Origin: Streptomyces sasae
Lineage (GTDB): Bacteria > Actinomycetota > Actinomycetes > Streptomycetales > Streptomycetaceae
Length of the DNA stretch: 32,000 bases
Direction: 5' to 3'
Assembly (NCBI RefSeq): GCF_032656605.1
Contig: NZ_JAUYWK010000003.1
Coordinates: 393,411 to 425,410, forward strand
Numbering within the stretch: the stretch's first letter is position 1; every line of letters starts with the position of its first letter. Shown here in pieces: positions 19,638 through 27,101 of the stretch. A program made the translations under genes and the position numbers. The notes beneath the pieces are model-generated. The model saw only the letters and a program-made list of their open reading frames with translations, did not search any database and had not been told where the DNA came from.

Positions 19638-19812
19638 GTCCCACCTCACAGTCCTCGCTCCGGACCGTGCGGGGTCCGGTTGCCGCAGCCACCTGTACGG
19701 ACACAAAACCGCTGGTGGCGTGGATGGGCAGGCTAGTTCGCCGGAGTTTCAACGACGTTAACCGCACCGGGACCGCCGCACGGGGACACCGGACCGGCTC
19801 TCGGCACACCCC

Positions 19813-20190
19813 GTGGACGACGTCGGTGACAAGTCCGGGGTCCGCATCGGCGGCGATCTCGCCGCGCGCGCTCGTCCGATCGAGGATGTCGCGCGGTGCC
19901 GCGGGGCGGTGACCCTCGCAGCGGTCGGCGGCGCCGTCGAGCGGATCGTGTCCCCGTCGGCCGCCGGGCTCGCGCCCGTAGAGGTGAACGCGGTGTCGTC
20001 GGGCGCGGTCGACGCGGACTGCTATGACTTCCTGCCCGACGGGCGGCGGCAGGCGCAGTTCGCCCCGGCGGCCGACACCGTGTCGGCCGAACGGGTGGGG
20101 CGCCCCGGGGATGTCGCCGTCGTCCGCCGTCTCGTCGACGCCATCCATATGACCGGCTCGATCCTGCCCGCCGACGGAGGCGGCACCGTG
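19813..20190 (+). pseudogene. Probable remnant of a short-chain dehydrogenase/reductase (SDR) gene
   Basis: The translation keeps SDR C-terminal motifs VNAVSSGAVDAD and GRPGDVAVVRRLVDAIHMTGSILPADGG. There is no Rossmann TGxxxGxG N-terminus, and the YxxxK segment is missing between ...SPSAAGLAP and VEVNAV. The ORF then runs on meaninglessly across the opposite-strand antitoxin gene. Confidence 0.4.
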
Positions 20191-20274
20191 GCCCGACGCC
20201 CCGCGGCACGCCCCATGACACCCGATCGGCCCTCCCCCGGATGCTCCGGTGGAGGGCCGATGGCATGTCCGGGG

Positions 20275-20553
20275 TCAGGAGCCCGCGGCCCCCCGGTGCT
20301 CCGCCGCGATGCCGAAGCGGCCGCGCTCCGGGCGCACCGCAGCGGTCTCGCGCACGGTGGAGACCGAACTGACCACCTGGTCCTCGGCGGATTCCGAGAG
20401 CTCTTCGAGGCGCTCCAGGTCGGCGGCGGAGACGAGGGCGACCAGGGGTTTGCCGTGCCGCGTCACCACGACGCGCTCACCGCCGTACACCACCCGGTTG
20501 ATCAGTTCGGCGAGCTCAGCCCTGGCTTGCGTCACCGGAATCTCGTAGGCCAT
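20275..20553 (-). CDS. Phd/YefM-family type II antitoxin homologue (no adjacent toxin gene)
   Basis: MAYEIPVTQARAELAELINRVVYGGERVVVTRHGKPLVALVSAADLERLEEL is a classic Phd/YefM N-terminal fold. 92 aa. Confidence 0.85.
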   Translation of the reverse strand: MAYEIPVTQARAELAELINRVVYGGERVVVTRHGKPLVALVSAADLERLEELSESAEDQVVSSVSTVRETAAVRPERGRFGIAAEHRGAAGS

Positions 20554-20620
20554 GAACCCAGCTTACGGGGCACCTCGGACAACACATCTTGTTCGGCGAC
20601 AGCGGAACACCCACCCGAGG

Positions 20621-20650
20621 CTCTGTACGTCCTGTACATTTTTTACAGAG
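20621..20650. promoter_or_regulatory. AT-rich operator-like site with TGTAC/TGTACA motifs in the antitoxin / clpP-like divergent promoter
   Basis: CTCTGTA (20621-20627) and TACAGAG (20644-20650) form a perfect 7-bp inverted repeat. Inside it lie TGTAC (20624-20628) and the palindrome TGTACA (20633-20638), followed by TTTTTT. TGTACA is the operator core reported for E. coli YefM-YoeB. Confidence 0.45.
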
Positions 20651-20693
20651 AGTCCGGCCGCCGAGACATCTCGGCCGCGAGGAGGGGTATGCC

Positions 20694-21329
20694 ATGACCC
20701 GACCGTCCGCCCGCTATGTGCTGCCAGAGTTCACGGAGCGCACCAGCTCCGGACAGCGCACCCTGGATCCGTACTCGAAACTGCTGGAGGGGCGGATCGT
20801 CTTTCTCGGCGCGCCCGTGGACGAGATCTCGGCCAACGACGTGATGGCGCAGCTGATGTATCTGGAGCACGCCGCCCCGGAGCAGGACATCGCGCTGTAC
20901 ATCAACTCTCCGGGCGGGTCGTTCAGCGCGATGGCCGCGATCTACGACACGGTCCAGTACGTCACCTGTGACGTGGAGACGATCTGCCTGGGGCAGGCCG
21001 GTGCTTCGGCCGCGGTGCTGCTCGCGGCCGGCGCACCGGGCAAGCGGTCCGTGCTGCCGGGCGCACGCATCGTGCTCCAGCAGCCGTCGCTGCCGGAACC
21101 GGTGCAGGGCCAGCCGAGTGATCTGGCCATCCAGGCGGCGGAGTTGGACCGGGTCCGGGCGCTGCTCGAAAGCATGCTCGTCAAACACACCGGGCGCACA
21201 CCGGAGCAGGTCCATCAGGATCTGGACCGGGACCTGGTACTGGACGCGCAAGGGGCGCTGGCGTACGGGCTGGTGGACCGGATCGTGCCCAGCCGCAGGA
21301 CCTCGCTCGGTCTGCCGGACGCGGGGTGA
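20694..21329 (+). CDS. clpP: ClpP-family protease subunit paralogue, catalytic triad apparently degenerate
   Basis: ClpP fold motifs: [44 protein letters not shown] 20694 is preceded by GAGGAGGGG. The active-site regions read [14 protein letters not shown] and RIVLQQPS instead of GQAAS... and ...HQP. Confidence 0.85.
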   Translation: MTRPSARYVLPEFTERTSSGQRTLDPYSKLLEGRIVFLGAPVDEISANDVMAQLMYLEHAAPEQDIALYINSPGGSFSAMAAIYDTVQYVTCDVETICLGQAGASAAVLLAAGAPGKRSVLPGARIVLQQPSLPEPVQGQPSDLAIQAAELDRVRALLESMLVKHTGRTPEQVHQDLDRDLVLDAQGALAYGLVDRIVPSRRTSLGLPDAG

Positions 21330-21336
21330 GGCGCCG

Positions 21337-21645
21337 ATGCTGCCACCGGAGCTTCCGCCGCTGCCCGCGCTGACCCGGGCCGAGGGCGAGTTGATCGACC
21401 GTTACCTGGACGTGGTCGACCTGCTGGGCCGTATCAACCCGGCGCAGAACGAGGACACCTATCGAGGGCTGCGCGCCGCGCAGGCGCTGGTGCGCGCGGC
21501 GTCCGAGCTGCGCGACGCGCTCGCCCTGATGCATCGGCGGGGCGAGACGGAGCTTCACGGGGACACGCTGGCACGGGCGTTGCGCGTGCTCGACGGTGAG
21601 CGCCGGACCGCTCGCGTCGTACTCCCGCCCGACTGCGTACGGTGA
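21337..21645 (+). CDS. Hypothetical 102-aa protein, predicted helical, co-transcribed with the clpP paralogue
   Basis: ATG lies 8 nt after the clpP-like stop, with GGGGTGAGG upstream. High GC3 throughout. No recognisable motif. Confidence 0.6.
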   Translation: MLPPELPPLPALTRAEGELIDRYLDVVDLLGRINPAQNEDTYRGLRAAQALVRAASELRDALALMHRRGETELHGDTLARALRVLDGERRTARVVLPPDCVR

Positions 21646-21997
21646 TGCCCGCAGGAGTCCGGGGCGGCGCGTCGACGGCACGCCCGGGCCGGAGTTGAAA
21701 CGACCCAAAGGGGTTACTGCCGTTCGGCGGAGTGTGGCGTGGTTTTACCTGACCGAAGAGGTCGCTCAGGACGCCCGTTCTGAGACACCCGCATGCCGCT
21801 TCGGCGCAGGTCCGGGGCTACGCAGGGGAGTTGACGGAGAATCGAACAAAGGGCTGTCCACCCGAACGGGTGGGTGGTGAGTAACCCCACAAATCCCCGA
21901 TTCCGTTGGGATTTTCGGACACGAGTGAGTGAAGATCCCTGTCTGACGACAAGCCCCCGCCACAGCGGCGGGGCGGTCCGGGCGGACGCCGAGTCCT

Positions 21998-22180
21998 GCC
22001 GCCGCCCGGATTGACCCGTCGACAGAAGTGCATCGGCAGGAGTGGAGGACCCAAGCACGACGGGTCGCCGGAACGGTCACGCCATGACCGGGCCGAGCTG
22101 CCCTTGGGGTGAAGCCGTGGCGACACGGCCGGGCAACTTCGCCAGCCCGAATCCGACAGGTCATCCTTCACAGGCGGCTG
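21998..22180 (+). promoter_or_regulatory. Cyclic-di-AMP riboswitch (ydaO-yuaA motif)
   Basis: Hallmark blocks in the right order: GGAGGACCCA (22045-22054), GGGGUGAAGCC (22106-22116), CCCGAAUCCGACAGG...CCUUCACAGGCGG (22146-22177). The closing stem GCCGCC (about 22001-22006) pairs with GGCGGC (22173-22178). It lies immediately upstream of an NlpC/P60 gene, the usual actinobacterial context. Confidence 0.7.
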
Positions 22181-22194
22181 ACGAAGGGTTGCGC

Positions 22195-22668
22195 ATGACT
22201 GCGCTCAATCGTGTTCCGTCGCTCATGGCCCGGGCCGGTACGGCCTCGGCGCTGACCATCGCCGCCGTGGGCGGCTCGATCGTGATCCCCGGCGTCGCCT
22301 CCGACGCCTCGGCCGCGACGATGGGGACGAAGGCACTGCAGGTCGCTGCCTCGAAGAAGGGCGCGCCCTACAGGTGGGGCGCCACCGGACCCAACCGGTT
22401 CGACTGCTCCGGGCTCACGCTGTACTCGTTCAAGAAGGCGGGCAAGACCCTGCCGCGTACGGCGGCCCAGCAGTACAACAAGACCCGTCACATCTCGGCC
22501 GGCAACCGCAAGGCCGGGGACCTGGTCTTCTTCCACTCGGGTTCCAGCGTGTACCACGTCGGCATCTACGCCGGGAAGGGAAAGATCTGGCACGCCCCGA
22601 AGACCGGGGACGTGGTGAAGCTCCAGAAGATCTGGACCAAGAGCGTCTGGTACGGCCGGGTCAGCTGA
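22195..22668 (+). CDS. Secreted NlpC/P60 (C40) cell-wall peptidase
   Basis: Signal peptide with ASA-type cleavage region. GAPYRWGATGPNRFDCSGLTLYSF (catalytic Cys), HVGIY (His), WHAPKTGD. ATG 22195 follows GAAGGG. Confidence 0.9.
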   Translation: MTALNRVPSLMARAGTASALTIAAVGGSIVIPGVASDASAATMGTKALQVAASKKGAPYRWGATGPNRFDCSGLTLYSFKKAGKTLPRTAAQQYNKTRHISAGNRKAGDLVFFHSGSSVYHVGIYAGKGKIWHAPKTGDVVKLQKIWTKSVWYGRVS

Positions 22669-22702
22669 TCCGCTCGATCGGTCGGCCGGCAGGGGCTCAG
22701 GG

Positions 22703-23161
22703 CTACGGCTCCTGCTGGCCGGCGGTCGTGACGGGTTCGGCGGGGACCGTCCAGGGCAGTTCGATGAAGACGGTCTTGCCGCCCTCCCGGGTGGGGCGCA
22801 CCCGGAGCTTGCCGCCGCACTCGGCGGTGAGCCAGCGGATGATGACCATGCCGCGTCCGTTGTCCTGCTGCACCGCGGCGGGAAGTCTCTTGGGGAAGCG
22901 CGGATGACTGTCCGTGACGCCGATGCGCAGGTGTTCGTCACGGTCCAGGACGAGGTCCACCGTGAAGGTGGGTGACTGCCCGAAGGTGTGCTGTACGGCG
23001 TTGGTGGCGAGTTCCGAGACGATGAGGCGGATGGTGTCCGCGGTCTCCGTCTGCGGTGGCAGTCCCCATTCCTCCAGGGTGCACAGCACATAGGAGCGGG
23101 CCGTGGAGACCGAGGCGGGATCGCTCGGCAGAGTGACGGATGCTTCCAGATGGTCTGCCAT
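22703..23161 (-). CDS. ATP-binding protein, SpoIIAB/RsbW-like HATPase (WhiJ-cluster-associated type)
   Basis: ARSYVLCTLEEWGLP...IVSELATNAVQH...DNGRGMVII matches the anti-sigma-kinase-like HATPase_c_2 pattern. ATG 23161 chosen; a start at 23200 is possible. Confidence 0.8.
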   Translation of the reverse strand: MADHLEASVTLPSDPASVSTARSYVLCTLEEWGLPPQTETADTIRLIVSELATNAVQHTFGQSPTFTVDLVLDRDEHLRIGVTDSHPRFPKRLPAAVQQDNGRGMVIIRWLTAECGGKLRVRPTREGGKTVFIELPWTVPAEPVTTAGQQEP

Positions 23162-23288
23162 GGCGAGGTCGTCCCTTTCCTCGGGACCGGAGTCCGACAC
23201 GGTGCGGATGGTTCGAGTACGGTCCCGGACTGGTGCTTCTTCGTCAGACTGCCATTACCGGGCCGGTCACGGGGAGCGATCCACCAAG

Positions 23289-23298
23289 ATATGCATAT
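23289..23298. promoter_or_regulatory. Perfect palindrome ATATGCATAT in the divergent promoter of the WhiJ-like cluster
   Basis: Read directly. It sits in a short AT-rich patch 75 nt upstream of the XRE gene start and 128 nt from the ATP-binding gene start. Confidence 0.35.
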
Positions 23299-23373
23299 AT
23301 CTGTCGCTCGAAGCGGTGAACTCTGCTACCCCAGACCGTATTTGGGCGGCTCGGAAGGAGTAAGGAGTAGCCC

Positions 23374-24234
23374 ATGCAGAACGGTCCCGCGGTACGCCGC
23401 CGGAAACTGGGCGCCGAACTGCGCATGCTGCGCACCGGCGCGGGTCTCACTAGCGGAGAGGCCGCCCGTCTGGTGGGCTGGCATCAGTCGAAGGTGAGCC
23501 GGATCGAGACCGGCGCCAGCGGTGTGAAACCGGCCGATGTGCGGTTACTGCTCGACGCGTACGGCGTGATCGAGGGACAACTTCGGGAGTTGCTGCTGGT
23601 GTTGGCGGGATCGGAGGATACCGCGGGCCGGCACCACTGGTGGCACGCCTATCGTGGCGTACTGCCCCCGACCTACCGGGATTTCATCAGTCTGGAGTCA
23701 CAGGCCAGCGCGATGCGCACGCTGGAGACCTCGGTCGTACCAGGACTGCTGCAGACGCCCGAGTACGCGCGTGCCGTGACCCGGGTGGCCGCCGACGGGC
23801 TCGACGACGAGGCGTTGGACGCCCTGGTGGAAGTGCGTCTGGCCAGGCAGGACGTACTGCGCAACGAGCCGCCGCTGGAGCTGAGCGCGGTCCTCGACGA
23901 GGCGGTGCTGCGCCGCGAGGTCGGCGGCCCGGGCGTGATGGCCCGGCAGCTGGAGCGGCTGGTGGAAGCGGCCCGGCTGCCCCAAGTACGGCTCCAGGTA
24001 CTGCCGTTCGCGGCCGGGGCGCATGTGGGCATCACCGGGCCTTTCGTAATCTTCTCATTTCCGAGCACTTCTGATCTGGATGTGGTTGTTCTCGACCAGT
24101 TGACGAGTAGCCTCTATCTGGAACGGAAAGAAGACCTCCAGGCCTACGCGGAGGCCTTCAACACCCTTCAGATCCACGCCCTTTCGCCCGAGGACTCGTT
24201 GGATTACATCGCCGGGATAGGTGACGGCGCGTAA
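23374..24234 (+). CDS. XRE-family HTH regulator with DUF5753-type C-terminal domain (WhiJ-like)
   Basis: RRRKLGAELRMLRTGAGLTSGEAARLVGWHQSKVSRIETG (HTH_31-like), followed by the long conserved C-terminal domain typical of Streptomyces WhiJ paralogues. Double GGAG RBS before the ATG. Confidence 0.88.
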   Translation: MQNGPAVRRRKLGAELRMLRTGAGLTSGEAARLVGWHQSKVSRIETGASGVKPADVRLLLDAYGVIEGQLRELLLVLAGSEDTAGRHHWWHAYRGVLPPTYRDFISLESQASAMRTLETSVVPGLLQTPEYARAVTRVAADGLDDEALDALVEVRLARQDVLRNEPPLELSAVLDEAVLRREVGGPGVMARQLERLVEAARLPQVRLQVLPFAAGAHVGITGPFVIFSFPSTSDLDVVVLDQLTSSLYLERKEDLQAYAEAFNTLQIHALSPEDSLDYIAGIGDGA

Positions 24235-24243
24235 GGAGGCACC

Positions 24244-24471
24244 ATGACTGCACTGCCTCGGAACGTACCTTCAAGTGCTGATCTGCACGGATCGCGGTGG
24301 CTGCGCAGCAGCTACAGCACCGGAGCGAACAACTGCGTGGAGACGGCACGGCCGCACTCCGGCCCACCGGCCGGACTGCTCGCCGTGCGCGACTCCAAGA
24401 ACCCGGCCGGACCCGCGCTGCTCTTCTCCCCCGAGAGCTGGGCGGGTTTCGTGGCCACGCTCACCGACTGA
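24244..24471 (+). CDS. DUF397 domain protein (BldB-like small partner)
   Basis: WLRSSYSTGANNCVETA...VRDSKNPAGPALLFSPESWAGFV is the canonical DUF397 signature. Starts 9 nt after the XRE stop. Confidence 0.88.
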   Translation: MTALPRNVPSSADLHGSRWLRSSYSTGANNCVETARPHSGPPAGLLAVRDSKNPAGPALLFSPESWAGFVATLTD

Positions 24472-24530
24472 TCAGCTGACGACCGACTCCGTATCCGCAT
24501 ATGGGCAAGGCCCGGCCGTGTCACGCCGAC

Positions 24531-25658
24531 TCATGGTCGTGTCTCGCCGATCACACGTACAGCGCGTTCGATCTCGGCCCCGGAGAGGTCGGCACGGGCG
24601 GTCAGCCTGAGCCGTGAGATGCCGTCCGGCACGGAAGGCGGACGGAAACAGCCCACGGCCAGGCCTGCCGTCCGGCAGTCGGCCGCCCACTGCACGGCCT
24701 CATCCGGGGACGGTGCCCGCACGGAGACCACCGCGGCGTCCGGTCGTACCGCTTCCAGACCCGCGGCGGTCAGCCGTGCGTGCAGGTCGGCGGCCACCTC
24801 GCGGGCCCGGGCCGCGCGCCCGGGCTCGCGTCGCAGCAGCCGCAGGGCGGCCAGCGCCGCTCCCGCCGCGGCAGGAGCGAGGCCGGTGTCGAAGATGAAG
24901 GTCCGGGCCGCGTTCACCAGATGGTCGATCACCCGGGCCGGGCCCAGGACCACACCGCCCTGGCTGCCCAGGGACTTGGACAGGGTCGCCGTGACGACCA
25001 CGTCGTCGGAGCCGGCCAGCCCGGCCGCGTACGGCGCTCCCTGCCCGCCCTCCCCGAGGACCCCGAGTCCGTGGGCGTCGTCGACCAGCAGCCCGGCGCC
25101 GTGCTCCCGGCACGCCTCCGCCAGTGCGGCCAGCGGTGCCGCGTCGCCGTCGACCGAGAACACCGTGTCGGAGACGACGACCGCGGTCCCCTCGTGCGTG
25201 CCGAGCGCCTTGCGTACGGCGTCCGGGTCGGAGTGCGCCACGACCTGGGTGGTGCCCCGGGCCAGCCGGCAGCCGTCGATCAGGGAGGCGTGGTTCAGGG
25301 CGTCGGAGACGATCAGGGAGCCGTGCGGGCCGAGCGTGGTGACGGCGGCGAGGTTCGCCGCGTAGCCGGAGGAGAAGACCAGGGCCGCCTCGAACCCACA
25401 GAATTCGGCCAGCTCCCGCTCCAGCTCGGTGTGGAGTTCCGTGGTGCCGGTGACCAGCCGGGAGCCGGTGGAGCCGCCGCCCCAGGTCCGGGCCGCCTCG
25501 GCCGCGCCCTCGGCGACCTCCGGGTGATGGGCGAGGCCGAGGTAGTCGTTGCTCGCCAGGTCCAGGAGCGGCGAGTCGGCGGGACGGGGGCGCAGGGTCC
25601 GTACGAGTCCGGCGCGGCGGCGGAGTTCCGCCTGTTCGTCGATCCAGCCGAACGCCAT
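24531..25658 (-). CDS. bioF: 8-amino-7-oxononanoate synthase
   Basis: LDLASNDYLGLAHHPEV, DDAHGLGVLG, TLSKSLGSQGG (PLP lysine). 375 aa. Confidence 0.88.
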   Translation of the reverse strand: MAFGWIDEQAELRRRAGLVRTLRPRPADSPLLDLASNDYLGLAHHPEVAEGAAEAARTWGGGSTGSRLVTGTTELHTELERELAEFCGFEAALVFSSGYAANLAAVTTLGPHGSLIVSDALNHASLIDGCRLARGTTQVVAHSDPDAVRKALGTHEGTAVVVSDTVFSVDGDAAPLAALAEACREHGAGLLVDDAHGLGVLGEGGQGAPYAAGLAGSDDVVVTATLSKSLGSQGGVVLGPARVIDHLVNAARTFIFDTGLAPAAAGAALAALRLLRREPGRAARAREVAADLHARLTAAGLEAVRPDAAVVSVRAPSPDEAVQWAADCRTAGLAVGCFRPPSVPDGISRLRLTARADLSGAEIERAVRVIGETRP

Positions 25659-25780
25659 GACCCCTCCGGTGATTTTGTAGGCAGTGGACAGACCCTAGCG
25701 GGACGACCAGTCACCCAGTGTGTGGCAATACCCACACGTGGTTTTATCAAGCAAGGAGAACGTCCAGGTCAGAGGCTATA

Positions 25781-26238
25781 TCACACCCTAGACTGAAGAT
25801 CGTCTCTCACTGCACGGACCGGCCGCGCCCCCAGGCGGCGCCGACGCGAGTCAGTGGCTGCTGCCGCGCGACCGCACAGCGAAGCGCCTGTAACCGACGC
25901 GCCGAAGACGGTGGTGAAGGTCCGCAGTGCCCCTGGGGTGCGGTCCAGGGCCCAGGCCGCGGTTGAAGTGTGGTGGTCAGGAAGCGGCAGGACTCGGGGC
26001 CGATCACGAACAGCTCTGCCCGGCGGCCGGAGGTGTCGGCGGCGAGCATCACGAGGTCGTTGAAGGTTTGGCGCTTGCGCATGGCGTCCGCGCCGCGCCA
26101 ACGAGCGAGCTTGAACTCCGCGATGCGCTGGTCTGTCTCCAGGTCGTACGGGCGGCTCGGGTCGTTGCCGGCGCCGAGGGAGGGGCAGACGGTGATGCGT
26201 TCTTCATCCCCGAGTTGGTGACCAGCAGGTTGCGCCAC
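25781..26238 (-). pseudogene. Frameshifted remnant of a gene with a PD-(D/E)xK-like motif
   Basis: Strong GC3 coding signal for HQLGDEERITVCPSLGAGNDPSRPYDLETDQRIAEFKLARWRGADAMRKRQTFNDLVMLAADTSGRRAELFVIGPESCRFL (D...E-x-K pattern: YDL...AEFK). At about 25975-25990 the coding signal jumps to another frame (STAAWALDRTPGALRTFTTVFGASV...). No clean start codon. Confidence 0.4.
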
Positions 26239-26843
26239 CGAACCCCGGACGCCGGCGCATAGTCGGGCCTGGGCACCACGGCAGGGGCGGGCGGCGGCGG
26301 AACCTGGACGCCCGCGCGACAGGGGGCTGGAGCTCGTACAGATCGTCACCGGCCACCCATTCCCGAGTCGTGCCCGTGACGTGCGGCCCGAGCGTCTGCA
26401 GGGCCGCCTCGAACGTCGCGGCGACCGACTCGCTGACCCCGGCCGCGTCACCGGGAGAGAGCCTGGCGGTCAACCGGTCCTTGTGCCCGGTGGTCGCGAA
26501 CGTGGCATCCGCCGCCTCCTGGCCCTGGTCCGGCTGCGGCGCCTCAAGAGCAGGCACCGGAACGTCCAGGAATCGGGCCAGGCCGGACAGTGTGGCCGCA
26601 CGGTCGGCGACATGCCGCTCGTACGGGATGACCAGCCGAGGCCGAGCCTCGTTGGCCGGGCCGTGCAACGATCTGGCCAGCAGCAGAGCGTTGACCGCGA
26701 TCAGCCGCCCCCAGGCAGTGAACGGGTCCGGGCCGTCGTCCGGCAGCAGTGCCGCGAACGACGCACGCCAGCGCGGGGCACGGGCCGACGCCGACACCTG
26801 CGCGTACCGGTCGCCGTACCGCCAGCGCTCCCACAGCCCCCCC
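26204..26843 (-). pseudogene. C-terminal part of a sulfotransferase-like gene split by the IS110 element
   Basis: LWERWRYGDRYAQVSASARAPRW...RPRLVIPYERHVADRAATLSGLARFLDVP resembles sulfotransferase C-terminal regions. It continues the reading frame of fragment 28322-28694 across the IS (…SSFARGG | LWERW…). The tail after DDLYELQPP looks out of frame. Confidence 0.5.
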
Positions 26844-27101
26844 GTTATGTTCTTCGCGGTCCTGCAAGAGGGCCGCTGGCCTCCGGGCCCGGCATGGCTG
26901 TTCCCCCCTGTCGAACGGATGACCTGGGGGGTGGTGCCACCGGGCCCGAGAGGCGCCGTTGGAGACGCTGATGAGAGGTCCGACTACCGCCCGGCCGAGC
27001 GCAATGCCCGGCCGTACATGGGCGACAGGTCTGCATAACGTGGATGCGCGCACGACGCCAACGCCCAGGCCAGCACCGCACGCCCCGTTCGGGAGGACGG
27101 C
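26844..27101 (+). ncRNA. Candidate bridge (guide) RNA region in the IS110 left end
   Basis: IS110-group elements encode their bridge RNA in the long non-coding end upstream of the recombinase (established 2024). This region has no credible ORF. It contains a C6 (26903-26908) / G6 (26926-26931) pair and short matches to both IS ends (CATAACG 27034-27040; AGAGGC 26949-26954). Confidence 0.35.

Noticed and set aside
19733-20275. Searched for a toxin gene downstream of the Phd/YefM antitoxin (ORFs 19733..20266 -, 19492..20148 -, 20022..20216 -)
   Set aside because: All candidates are Arg-rich shadows of the plus-strand SDR remnant, and none resembles YoeB/Doc/RelE/ParE folds. The antitoxin is therefore treated as an orphan.
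20590-20609. TGTTCGGCGACAGCGGAACA as a possible ClgR operator upstream of the clpP paralogue
   Set aside because: Only the outer TGTTC/GAACA arms are complementary. It does not match the ClgR consensus (GTTCGC-type half sites) as far as I remember it, which is too weak to call.
22011-22016. TTGACC as the -35 box of the hydrolase promoter inside the riboswitch region (also TTGACG at 21831)
   Set aside because: No TANNNT-type -10 hexamer lies at 16-19 nt spacing from either site. The promoter position is left unassigned.
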